A stretch of 19,769 nucleotides of DNA, taken from the NCBI GenBank assembly GCA_037137755.1, contig JBAXJR010000042.1, positions 1-19,769 on the forward strand, read 5' to 3'. Positions 9,334-17,586 of the stretch are shown here, piece by piece (positions within the stretch are counted from its first letter, which is position 1; the number at the start of each line of letters is the position of its first letter). The notes under the pieces are model-generated. The model did not search any database. It was not told the DNA's origin and saw nothing but the letters and a program-made list of their open reading frames with translations. A program made the translations under genes and the position numbers. Source of the stretch: Methanomicrobiales archaeon. GTDB taxonomy: Archaea; Halobacteriota; Methanomicrobia; Methanomicrobiales; Methanospirillaceae.

Positions 9334-9448
9334 CTGATTATTACCTTAATTAACGTATTCAGTCCAGGCCATAGGGATATGAAATCTAAACGAGTTTTTC
9401 CCCGGCTCATTATTAACACAAATTCCATTTGATTTCCATATTCCACAA

Positions 9449-9569
9449 CCCACCCCGACCGATGCCCTTGAGATCGTGAGGCTTTCCGGAAGGGACGATC
9501 GTATGAGGCCTATATACTAGTGCGGATTTGTGAGGGATTGTGAGGGGTGTTAGAAAAGGGGCTGGGGTG
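9449..9569 (+). repeat. Dispersed repeat family A, full copy 1 (121 bp; MITE/REP-like)
   Basis: Ungapped 112/121 identity to 11078-11198. The ends CACCCC...GGGGTG form a short inverted repeat. Confidence 0.9.
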
Positions 9570-9830
9570 TTGCGGATTCATGGGACATTGGAGCCGGAAT
9601 TAGGAAGAAATACAAATATTCAAATCCTCTTGAATAATTGGAAAATCATGCTTAATATGGATATCCTCTCTTATTATTGGGTAAGAGTATCGATATATCC
9701 ATCTTATTTCTTTTTAATAGTTTATTGAAGAAAATGCTGCTATGGCGTTTTACCACCTTGTAATTCGGATCCTTAATAACGAAATATCATTCATCGAAGT
9801 AAAAAGTGGATTGGGTTTTCAGACCTTACG

Positions 9831-10103
9831 TTACTTGACCTCATTGAGGAAGTGAATATGTGGAATGCTGATTACTCCGGCCTTTTCCATAGCCTTTTTT
9901 AAATCTTCTGAAGCAGTGAATTTTCTGGCGTTTTCAATTGAATCCCATTCGAAAAGGATGAATACATCGGTGGGATCTTCAGCGTTCTGGAAAACCCGTA
10001 CACTTTTTGACCCGCTTATTTTCTGCATGTTCTCGTGTTGATCAAAAAATGTTTTCCATTTATCAAAATCACGTACTTTGTGATGGACTACTATATGTGG
10101 CAT
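9831..10103 (-). CDS. Small dimeric alpha/beta-barrel protein (ABM/cyclase-like family), 90 aa
   Basis: MPHIVVHHKVRDFDKWKTFFD...VFQNAEDPTDVFILFEWDSIENARKF...AMEKAGV fits this family. ATG 10103 is preferred over 10151 because the family-like sequence begins there. Confidence 0.75.
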   Translation of the reverse strand: MPHIVVHHKVRDFDKWKTFFDQHENMQKISGSKSVRVFQNAEDPTDVFILFEWDSIENARKFTASEDLKKAMEKAGVISIPHIHFLNEVK

Positions 10104-10330
10104 GAGGTTATAATATGCTGATAAGGAGATAATGGTTATTGAAAGTTCCATTTTTTTGAATATCGGGAAAAAAATTTATATAATCCTGACTCTCAATCGT
10201 GCAGAAAGATCTCGTACCGTATAAATCTAAAAGAGGTTTTATGTACCCTTTTTCTGAATTTGTAATAACTGAAGAAAACAGGAATCGAACCATGAGCGAT
10301 TCATGCTGCTATGGGGATTCAGATCTGACC

Positions 10331-10366
10331 CCAACCCCGACCGATGCCCTTGAGATTGCGAGGCTT
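10331..10366 (+). repeat. Dispersed repeat family A, partial copy (left 36 bp only)
   Basis: CCAACCCCGACCGATGCCCTTGAGATTGCGAGGCTT is 33/36 identical to 9449-9484. Confidence 0.85.
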
Positions 10367-10387
10367 ATGAAAATATTATCTAAAAGG

Positions 10388-10858
10388 TTAGATTGCAGGT
10401 TTTTTTTGGTGAGCGTAAATTACTGATCTTTGGATACATTCGGATTTTATATTATTATCACATTCGACACAAATTGATGTGTCATAGCGATTATACTCAT
10501 TAAAAGTTGGAGAAACTATGCTCCACTTCACATTCTCACCTATGTTCACCGGAAAATATTTGCTATAGGTAACACCTTGTCCTGTTTTCCATAAAGCTCT
10601 GCAATTAGATGCAATAGCATCACCATCATTGTGAACAATAATATCCGTCGTATAAACTTGCCCTGCCCCACCCCAACTTGTATCAATTACAGGAGTATCG
10701 ACTGACACAATTTTTAAATGAGGTGTCTTATGCTGCGACATAAACTCGTACACTGGTCCTCCTGGACTATTTAATACAAATAAAATTGTAGAACCTATCA
10801 CAACAGCTGCAATTCCAAGTGCCCAATTTCGATACGTATGCTTTTCATCATCTGGCAT
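10388..10858 (-). CDS. Hypothetical membrane-anchored protein with a CARDB/Ig-like extracellular domain
   Basis: 156 aa with an N-terminal TM (WALGIAAVVIGSTILFVL). PHLKIVSV...IIVHNDGDAIAS resembles the CARDB pattern PDLxI...VxNxGxxxA. Four Cys; AT-rich codon usage. Confidence 0.6.
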   Translation of the reverse strand: MPDDEKHTYRNWALGIAAVVIGSTILFVLNSPGGPVYEFMSQHKTPHLKIVSVDTPVIDTSWGGAGQVYTTDIIVHNDGDAIASNCRALWKTGQGVTYSKYFPVNIGENVKWSIVSPTFNEYNRYDTSICVECDNNIKSECIQRSVIYAHQKKPAI

Positions 10859-11077
10859 TAACCAAACCCCCTGTTAGTTATATATTTATGATATTTTTTT
10901 CAGGGTATTAAATATTTATATATTTATGAAATTCAAAAAAGTTCAACATTTTCACACTTATACACGACTCCGGCAATACCGCATGGCAATACGAACACAT
11001 ATACGCGGTCCTGGAATGTTGTGAACGATAGAAACTTGGTCTTTTACAACAGGGGCAATTTCATAATCCCATACATC

Positions 11078-11198
11078 CCCACCCCTCCCGATGCCCTTGA
11101 AATCGCGAGGCTTTCCGGGAGGGAGGATCGTATGAGGCCTATGTATTAGTGCGTATTTGTGAGGGATTGTGAGGGGTGTTAGAAAAGGGGCTGGGGTG
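11078..11198 (+). repeat. Dispersed repeat family A, full copy 2 (121 bp), immediately upstream of cas3
   Basis: 112/121 identical to 9449-9569, and the last 44 bp are fully identical. Confidence 0.9.
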
Positions 11199-11251
11199 GT
11201 GTTGATTTGGGAGGGTTAATATTATGGAGTTTAGGTAAGAATGTTAGACTT

Positions 11252-13447
11252 GTGTCATCCCCGGCCAAATATTATGCTCATTCTACAGATAATCCGGATA
11301 AATCAGATTGGCAACTTCTTCATGATCATCTCTCCAAAGTGGCAAAAATTTCTTCAGACTTCGCAGGGGATTTTAATGCTTCGGAATTTGCGTATGCAGG
11401 GGGTCTCCTTCATGATCTTGGGAAATATTCCTCCGAATTTCAGAAACGGCTTGAGGGAGCTAAAATCCATGTCGATCATGCAACAGCCGGGGCGAGAGAA
11501 GCAGAGAGAAAATATCATACCGCCTATAGCCGGATTCTTGAATATGTGATTACCGGACATCATGGTGGTTTGCTAAATTACGGCAGCAATGAGAGTGGAA
11601 TGGTTGAACGTTTAGAAAAATCCATCCTGGCGGATTATTCTCCCTATATGAACGAAATCACAATCCCAGATCAAAGTGCATTCCGTATTTCCCTGAATCC
11701 ATTCCCTAAAAAGACCGGTTTTTGCTTTTCATTTTTTACAAGAATGATTTATTCGTGTCTTGTTGATGCTGATTCACTGGACACAGAAGCGTTTATGAGC
11801 CCTGAAAAATCATCTCTTCGAGGGCGTTACGAGTCATTCGACATCCTCAAGCACCGATTCGATGAGCATATGCGCATAAAAATTTCTAGTTCTGATGATA
11901 CTCAAATAAACAAGCGGAGGAAAGAAATTTATGATCGATGTCTCTCGAAGGCCACTCTTCCACCCCAGATGTTTAGCCTTACCGTACCTACCGGTGGGGG
12001 GAAAACGCTTGCATCTATGGGTTTTGCCTTAGAACACCTGAAAAGGAACGATCTGAAACGTGTTTTCTATATTATTCCCTACACGAGTATCATCGAGCAG
12101 AACGCAGAGGTTTTTCGGAAGATTTTCGGGTATCAGAACGTCCTTGAACACCACAGCAATTTTGATCCGGACAAAACAGATAACGGGGATATACGTTCAG
12201 GTAAAGAAACTCTGCGACTTTCAACAGAAAACTGGGACATGCCGATCGTTGTGACTACAAATATCCAGTTCTTTGAATCGCTCTTCTCAAATAAACGATC
12301 CAGGTGCAGGAAACTACACAATCTTGCGAAGAGTGTTATAATTCTTGATGAGGCCCAGATGCTTCCAACCGGATATCTGAAACCCTGTCTTGCAGCATTA
12401 TCTGAATTGGTCCGCAATTATGGCACTACGGTGGTAATTTGCACTGCTACGCAACCAAATCTTGACGATCTTCTGGATGAGGGAGCTAAACCATTTGAAA
12501 TTATGAGTTCGCCTCAAACGTTATACAACTCATTCCGGCGGGTGAATGTGACTAATCTTGGGGCGCTGAATGATGCCGATTTGTCCGAGAGATTACGGAA
12601 ACAGCCCCAGGTCCTTTGCATAGTAAACACCCGGAGTCATGCAAAGAAACTTTACGATAATCTTGAGGAATCAGGTAACTGTTATCATCTCAGTGCAAGG
12701 ATGTGCCCCGTCCACAGAAGAGAACTGATTGCAAAGATCAAAGATTTGTTAAAAGAAGATAAGGACTGCCTGGTCATATCCACTCAGTTGATTGAAGCTG
12801 GTGTGGATATCGATTTTCCCGTTGTTTACCGGGCAATGACCGGGGTAGATTCCATCGCCCAGGCTGCAGGGAGATGCAATCGTGAAGGGAAAGTTACGGC
12901 CGGGGAAGTATACATTTTTAAATCGACGGAGCCGTGGGGCAAAACCACGAGCTGGCAAAGTCTCGTTGCTGAAGTCGGAGAGATGGTCCTTGCAGGTTCT
13001 GGTGATGCACTCTCTCCGTCAACTGTATCAGATTATTTCAGGCGGCTTTATCATTTTAAAGGTGATGAGGGTCTGGATACGAAGAAAATTCTGCAATCAC
13101 TTGAAGAGAGAGGAAAGGAAATTGCATTCCCGTTTGAGGATATAGGATCGGAATTCAGTATTATTGAAGAGGGTACGAAGGACATTATTATCCCATATGA
13201 TAAAAAAGCAGAAACAATTATACAGGAACTGCGAACTTCAGAATTCCCTTGGAGGCTCATCCGACAACTTCAGGGCTACACCGTTAATATCTATCCTAAC
13301 GAATTCAGAGAACTTGAACGTTCACACTCCATCGATTTGGTTGGCGAGCGTTTTTTTATCTTAAAATCCTGTGACGATTATTCGAAAAAAACTGGATTAC
13401 TAAATCGAAAGGATAATCAGACGAAAATGCAATTCTTGAATTACTGA
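11252..13447 (+). CDS. cas3: CRISPR-associated HD nuclease/SF2 helicase Cas3 (type I-C)
   Basis: YYAHS...LHDHL, HDLGK, VDHAT, GHHGGL, LVDADSLD (HD domain); PTGGGKT, DEAQ, TAT, QAAGRCNREG (helicase). The start is placed at GTG 11252, just before YYAHS; the ORF is open from TTG 11207. Confidence 0.95.
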   Translation: MSSPAKYYAHSTDNPDKSDWQLLHDHLSKVAKISSDFAGDFNASEFAYAGGLLHDLGKYSSEFQKRLEGAKIHVDHATAGAREAERKYHTAYSRILEYVITGHHGGLLNYGSNESGMVERLEKSILADYSPYMNEITIPDQSAFRISLNPFPKKTGFCFSFFTRMIYSCLVDADSLDTEAFMSPEKSSLRGRYESFDILKHRFDEHMRIKISSSDDTQINKRRKEIYDRCLSKATLPPQMFSLTVPTGGGKTLASMGFALEHLKRNDLKRVFYIIPYTSIIEQNAEVFRKIFGYQNVLEHHSNFDPDKTDNGDIRSGKETLRLSTENWDMPIVVTTNIQFFESLFSNKRSRCRKLHNLAKSVIILDEAQMLPTGYLKPCLAALSELVRNYGTTVVICTATQPNLDDLLDEGAKPFEIMSSPQTLYNSFRRVNVTNLGALNDADLSERLRKQPQVLCIVNTRSHAKKLYDNLEESGNCYHLSARMCPVHRRELIAKIKDLLKEDKDCLVISTQLIEAGVDIDFPVVYRAMTGVDSIAQAAGRCNREGKVTAGEVYIFKSTEPWGKTTSWQSLVAEVGEMVLAGSGDALSPSTVSDYFRRLYHFKGDEGLDTKKILQSLEERGKEIAFPFEDIGSEFSIIEEGTKDIIIPYDKKAETIIQELRTSEFPWRLIRQLQGYTVNIYPNEFRELERSHSIDLVGERFFILKSCDDYSKKTGLLNRKDNQTKMQFLNY

Positions 13448-13453
13448 TGGGAG

Positions 13454-14119
13454 GTGAATTTCATCGGTTACGGAATTCGGTTAAAAGTCTGGGGAGATTA
13501 TGCCTGCTTCACACGGCCTGAGATGAAGGTCGAGCGGGTGAGTTATGATGTTATGACGCCTTCGGCGGCGAGAGGAATTCTGGAAGCCATCTATTGGAAA
13601 CCAGCGATCTCATGGGAAATTGATAAGATCCATATCATGAACCCGATCAAATTTGATAATATTCGCAGGAATGAAGTGTTGGGAAAAATTCCCCTCACGC
13701 CGATAAAATCTGCTTTTCAAGGAAAGGAAGTTGTCCTGCTAAAGGATTCTAACGAAGAGCGGGTCCAGCGTGCATCTCTCGTGCTCCGCGATGTGTGCTA
13801 TTTTATCGAAGCCCACTTCAAAATGACAGATAAGGCAGGTCCGGATGACACTGTCGAGAAACATTACAATGTCGCACTCCGTAGGATGCGGAAGGGGCAG
13901 TGTTTCCATCACCCATACTTCGGTTGCAGGGAGTTCCCGGTCCAGTTTGAATTTTTCGAAGGGGAAGTTCCAAAATCATCGCAGGGTAATAAAGATCTAG
14001 GCCTCATGCTCTGGGATATCGATTTTCCAAACGATATGCAAGCGGTGTTCTTCCGGGCTGATATGAAGGAAGGCGTTATCGATGTTCAGAAATGCCTCAA
14101 AGGGGGTATCTTCTCGTGA
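13454..14119 (+). CDS. cas5c: Type I-C Cas5c (Cas5d), crRNA-processing Cascade subunit
   Basis: VWGDYACFTRPEMKVERVSYDVMTPSAARGILEAIYWKP...PYFGCREFP. The start is uncertain (GTG 13454 or ATC 13463). Confidence 0.95.
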   Translation: MNFIGYGIRLKVWGDYACFTRPEMKVERVSYDVMTPSAARGILEAIYWKPAISWEIDKIHIMNPIKFDNIRRNEVLGKIPLTPIKSAFQGKEVVLLKDSNEERVQRASLVLRDVCYFIEAHFKMTDKAGPDDTVEKHYNVALRRMRKGQCFHHPYFGCREFPVQFEFFEGEVPKSSQGNKDLGLMLWDIDFPNDMQAVFFRADMKEGVIDVQKCLKGGIFS

Positions 14120-16002
14120 TAATCCATTCCCTTGCCAGGTACTATGACATTCTCGCCAGTGACGATGCCACTTCGATACCCAAATTGGGGTATAGTCCGG
14201 CAAAAGTTTCTTTTGCACTGGTAATTTCACAAGAAGGTGAACTCACAAACATTGTTGATCTCAGGGTTGACGGAAAGAAACCAGCACCGAAGATGATGGA
14301 AGTTCCCTATCAGAATTCCCGGGCGGTCGCTATCATGCCCTATTTCCTGTGCGATAATGCGAAATATGTTTTCGGCGTGGAGAGGATTAAAATTGACCAA
14401 AAGGCAAAATCGTCTTCGAAAATATCTGATTATCTTTCAATTCTTGAAGAGGGAAATAATGAGGTTACGGTAATATCAAAACGTTCTCTCGAATGCTTTG
14501 AACGGTTCAAAATTCTTCATCATTTTCTCCTCGATGGCATTCAAGACCCAGGAATCAAATCCTTCTTAAAATTTATTGATGGTTGGAAACCAGATAATTT
14601 CCTAAACCATCCGAAAATTGCGGATTATAAGGATGTAATTCTTGCGGGAGGACTTTTTGTATTTGAGACTGAAGGGAATTTTCTCCATAAAGATTCGGCA
14701 GCAAGGCAGGCATGGGAGAGGTATTCAACGGAATCGGCATCTGGGGAAAAGTGCATTATTGCCCAATGTCTCGTAAGTGGGAAACACGAATCAGTAAGCC
14801 GCCTACATCAGAAAATCAAGGGGGTTTACGGTGCCCAGGTTTCCGGTGCGTCACTCATCAGTTTCAATGATGATTCCTTCTGTTCATACGGTAAGGAACA
14901 GAGCTTTAATGCACCGATTGGCGAATCTTCGATGTTCAAGTACACAACGGCGTTGAATCACCTATTGGATAGGGAGAGTAAGAACCGTCTTCAGATTGGG
15001 GATACGACAACTCTATTCTGGGCTGAAACGGAGGAGAAAACATGCGAGGATCTTGCACATTTTCTCATTAATCCAGTTGAAGATTTTAAGGATGCGGCTA
15101 GAGATTCATCTGAGAATTCGAAGGTTCAAGACCGTAAGACCCTGCAACTTGTCAGCGATATTCTCCAGAAAGTTAAGGATGGGAAATATCTCCAGGAAAA
15201 GGATCTTGGGGTTGATCCAGAAAAAACAAATTTCTATATTCTCGGTTTGGCACCGAACAACGCACGGCTCTCCGTCCGTTTTTGGCATGAGGATAGTTTC
15301 GGGAATTTTATTACCCGTGTGGCACAGCATCACATCGATATGGAGATTGTGCGGGACGATACCGGGCCCCGTTATATTTCAGTATATCGCCTTTTGAAAG
15401 AAACCATTCCAAAGAGTTCCAGTGATAAAATATCGTCTCCGATTCTCGGAGGTCTTCTCATGAGGTCAATCCTCGACAACACCACTTACCCTGTCCAGAT
15501 GTACAATGCGATTTTGAACAGGGTGAAAGTTGAGCGAGCTATCAATTATGTCCGTGCAGGCTTTATCAAAGCCTGTCTGGTACGGCTAGCACGATCGGGA
15601 ACAAAGAATAAACAGGATATGATAACCGTGAGTCTGAATGAAGAAAGCCAAAGTGTACCGTACCGCCTCGGGAGGCTATTTGCGGTTCTTGAAAAGACGC
15701 AGAGTGATACGAACAAGGATATGAAGAGCACCATCAACAGCAAATATTTCAGTAGTGCATCGACTACTCCGGCCGTGGTTTTCCCTGTTCTGCTGAAACT
15801 CGCCCAGCACCATATTGCGAAATCCGACTGGGGATTCAAATCGAACCAGTCAATAGAGGAGATACTATCCGGTGTTAATGAATTTCCGGCATATATGAAC
15901 CTTGAGGAACAGGGAATGTTTATGATTGGGTATTACCATCAACGAAAAGAATTTTTCAAAAAGAAGGAAAGTAGTCCTGAAAAAACGGAGGCTAAACAAT
16001 GA
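14116..16002 (+). CDS. cas8c: Type I-C large subunit Cas8c (Csd1)
   Basis: MIIHSLARYY, FLCDNAKYVFG, CLVSG...LHQKIKGV, SLISFN...SYGKEQ, FYILGLAPNNARLSVRF, YRLGRLFAVLEK, GYYHQ. GTG 14116 overlaps the cas5 stop (GTGA). Confidence 0.94.
   Translation: MIIHSLARYYDILASDDATSIPKLGYSPAKVSFALVISQEGELTNIVDLRVDGKKPAPKMMEVPYQNSRAVAIMPYFLCDNAKYVFGVERIKIDQKAKSSSKISDYLSILEEGNNEVTVISKRSLECFERFKILHHFLLDGIQDPGIKSFLKFIDGWKPDNFLNHPKIADYKDVILAGGLFVFETEGNFLHKDSAARQAWERYSTESASGEKCIIAQCLVSGKHESVSRLHQKIKGVYGAQVSGASLISFNDDSFCSYGKEQSFNAPIGESSMFKYTTALNHLLDRESKNRLQIGDTTTLFWAETEEKTCEDLAHFLINPVEDFKDAARDSSENSKVQDRKTLQLVSDILQKVKDGKYLQEKDLGVDPEKTNFYILGLAPNNARLSVRFWHEDSFGNFITRVAQHHIDMEIVRDDTGPRYISVYRLLKETIPKSSSDKISSPILGGLLMRSILDNTTYPVQMYNAILNRVKVERAINYVRAGFIKACLVRLARSGTKNKQDMITVSLNEESQSVPYRLGRLFAVLEKTQSDTNKDMKSTINSKYFSSASTTPAVVFPVLLKLAQHHIAKSDWGFKSNQSIEEILSGVNEFPAYMNLEEQGMFMIGYYHQRKEFFKKKESSPEKTEAKQ
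15628..16002 (+). CDS. cas11c: Probable Cas11c small subunit, translated in-frame from an internal start in cas8c (124 aa)
   Basis: An in-frame GTG gives MSLNEESQSVPYRLGRLFAVLEK, matching where Cas11c begins in characterised bacterial I-C systems. Purine-rich AGGATATGA lies just upstream; an alternative in-frame ATG is at 15619. Confidence 0.6.
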   Translation: MSLNEESQSVPYRLGRLFAVLEKTQSDTNKDMKSTINSKYFSSASTTPAVVFPVLLKLAQHHIAKSDWGFKSNQSIEEILSGVNEFPAYMNLEEQGMFMIGYYHQRKEFFKKKESSPEKTEAKQ

Positions 16003-16850
16003 GCGAAGTGATCAAGAACCGATATGAGTTTGTATTGTTATTTGACGTCGAAAACGGAAACCCGAATGGTGACCCGGATATGGGGAACATGCCGAGGGTA
16101 GATCCACAGACTGGATTCGGAATCGTGACCGATGTCTGTCTCAAGCGGAAGATCCGGGACTATGTCGATATGGTAAAGGAAGGAAAAGAGGGGTATGACA
16201 TCTATGTCAAAGATGGCGTTGTACTCAATGAACAACACACTAAAGCGTTTGCCGCTCTTGGAAGGAAGCCGGATTCAAAGAAACCTAAGGATGAGGAACT
16301 AACGAAGTTCATGTGTAAACATTTCTTCGACATCCGTACATTCGGTGCAGTTATGACCACGGAAGTAAACTGTGGTCAGGTCCGTGGGCCAGTCCAGCTC
16401 AATTTTTCCCGAAGTCAGGATCCGATTTTTCAGCAAGAAGTGACAATCACCCGGCAGGCAGTCGCAAATGCGAAAGATGCAGAGAAGGGCCAGACGATGG
16501 GTAAGAAACAAATCGTTCCATACGGCCTCTATCGTACAGAGGGATATGTCTCCGCCAATTTAGCCAAAAAGACAACAGGGTTTGCAGAAGAAGATCTCGC
16601 CCTGCTCTGGGACAGCCTTGTGAACATGTTTGAACACGACCACTCGGCCTCGCGTGGGAAACTTTCCGCCCGGAAACTCATCGTATTCAAACATGATACC
16701 GAGCTTGGATGCTGCCAATCCCACATCCTCTTCGATAAAATCAAGGTCGAACGGCTTTCAAAAGAACTGCCACCACGTTCATTCGCGGATTACAAGGTCA
16801 CAGTCATGAAGGATGTCCCAAAGGGCGTCGAGGTTATTGAAAAGTTATGA
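15999..16850 (+). CDS. cas7c: Type I-C backbone subunit Cas7 (Csd2)
   Basis: IKNRYEFVLLFDVENGNPNGDPD..NMPR, TDVCLKRKIRDY, FFDIRTFGAV, GQVRGPVQ, MFEHDHSASRG. ATGA overlap with cas8c. Confidence 0.96.
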   Translation: MSEVIKNRYEFVLLFDVENGNPNGDPDMGNMPRVDPQTGFGIVTDVCLKRKIRDYVDMVKEGKEGYDIYVKDGVVLNEQHTKAFAALGRKPDSKKPKDEELTKFMCKHFFDIRTFGAVMTTEVNCGQVRGPVQLNFSRSQDPIFQQEVTITRQAVANAKDAEKGQTMGKKQIVPYGLYRTEGYVSANLAKKTTGFAEEDLALLWDSLVNMFEHDHSASRGKLSARKLIVFKHDTELGCCQSHILFDKIKVERLSKELPPRSFADYKVTVMKDVPKGVEVIEKL

Positions 16851-17527
16851 ATAGGAAGCGATATGCCGACGACGATCTCCTTGCGTTATCTGGCATACAG
16901 CATTTTCATTTTTGTAAGCGGCAATGGGCTTTGATCCATATCGAGCGACAGTGGGAAGATAATCTACGAACGGCTGAAGGCCATATCATTCATGAGCGAG
17001 TCGATGATCCGTTTTTCAACGAAAGCCGGGGAAATACTGTGATATCAAGAGCGTTCCCTCTTGTCTCATATTCGCTTGGTCTCAACGGGGTAGCCGATGT
17101 TATCGAGTATACGCGTTCGGACAAGGGTATTTCAATAACAGGTTTTGATGGACTTTGGACAATGAAGCCTGTTGAGTACAAACGAGGCAAGCCAAAGATT
17201 GATGAACGCGATGAAGTCCAGCTCTGTGCCCAGGTTATCTGCCTAGAGGAAATGTTCAGTATCAGGATCGATGAAGCCGATTTTTATTACAATGAAATCA
17301 GACGAAGAATTCATCTCAAAATTTCCGATCAATTGAGGGAGCTAGTCTCACATCTGGCTAATGAAATGCATGAATTATTCCGGGAGGGCATTACTCCTGA
17401 AGCGACAGGCACTAATTGTTCCCTCTGTTCCCTTGTTGATGTTTGTCTACCACGCCTAACGAAGAGAAAAGTTTCTGTTCATAATTACATCGGGAGACAC
17501 GTCCAGGATGCCTGCAAAAACGATTGA
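16847..17527 (+). CDS. cas4: CRISPR-associated RecB-family nuclease Cas4
   Basis: SGIQHFHFCKRQWAL, GVADVIE, PVEYKRG, QLCAQ..CLEEM, and C-terminal CSLCSLVDVC (Fe-S cysteines). Confidence 0.95.
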   Translation: MNRKRYADDDLLALSGIQHFHFCKRQWALIHIERQWEDNLRTAEGHIIHERVDDPFFNESRGNTVISRAFPLVSYSLGLNGVADVIEYTRSDKGISITGFDGLWTMKPVEYKRGKPKIDERDEVQLCAQVICLEEMFSIRIDEADFYYNEIRRRIHLKISDQLRELVSHLANEMHELFREGITPEATGTNCSLCSLVDVCLPRLTKRKVSVHNYIGRHVQDACKND

Positions 17528-17586
17528 TGAAACTCTGTGAACGATCTGCCAATAGGTCAGTTCAATTTAACGAGGATAATCCTGAC

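Noticed and set aside
10329-10393. attC-like site: on the minus strand ATCTAAC (RYYYAAC) overlaps the stop of the CARDB-like gene, with GTTGGGG about 60 bp later
   Set aside because: The intervening sequence does not form the long imperfect palindrome of an attC, the neighbouring gene lacks the motif, and no integron integrase is in the window.
11078-11206. Repeat A as a degenerate CRISPR repeat or mini-array (it contains TTGAAAT and GGGGTG)
   Set aside because: It has no CACACCC/GGGTGTG hairpin with correct spacing and no repeat-spacer periodicity.
14092-14115. ATG 14092 as the cas8c start
   Set aside because: It overlaps cas5c by 28 bp. GTG 14116 gives the family-typical MIIxxLxxYY start and a 4-nt coupling overlap.
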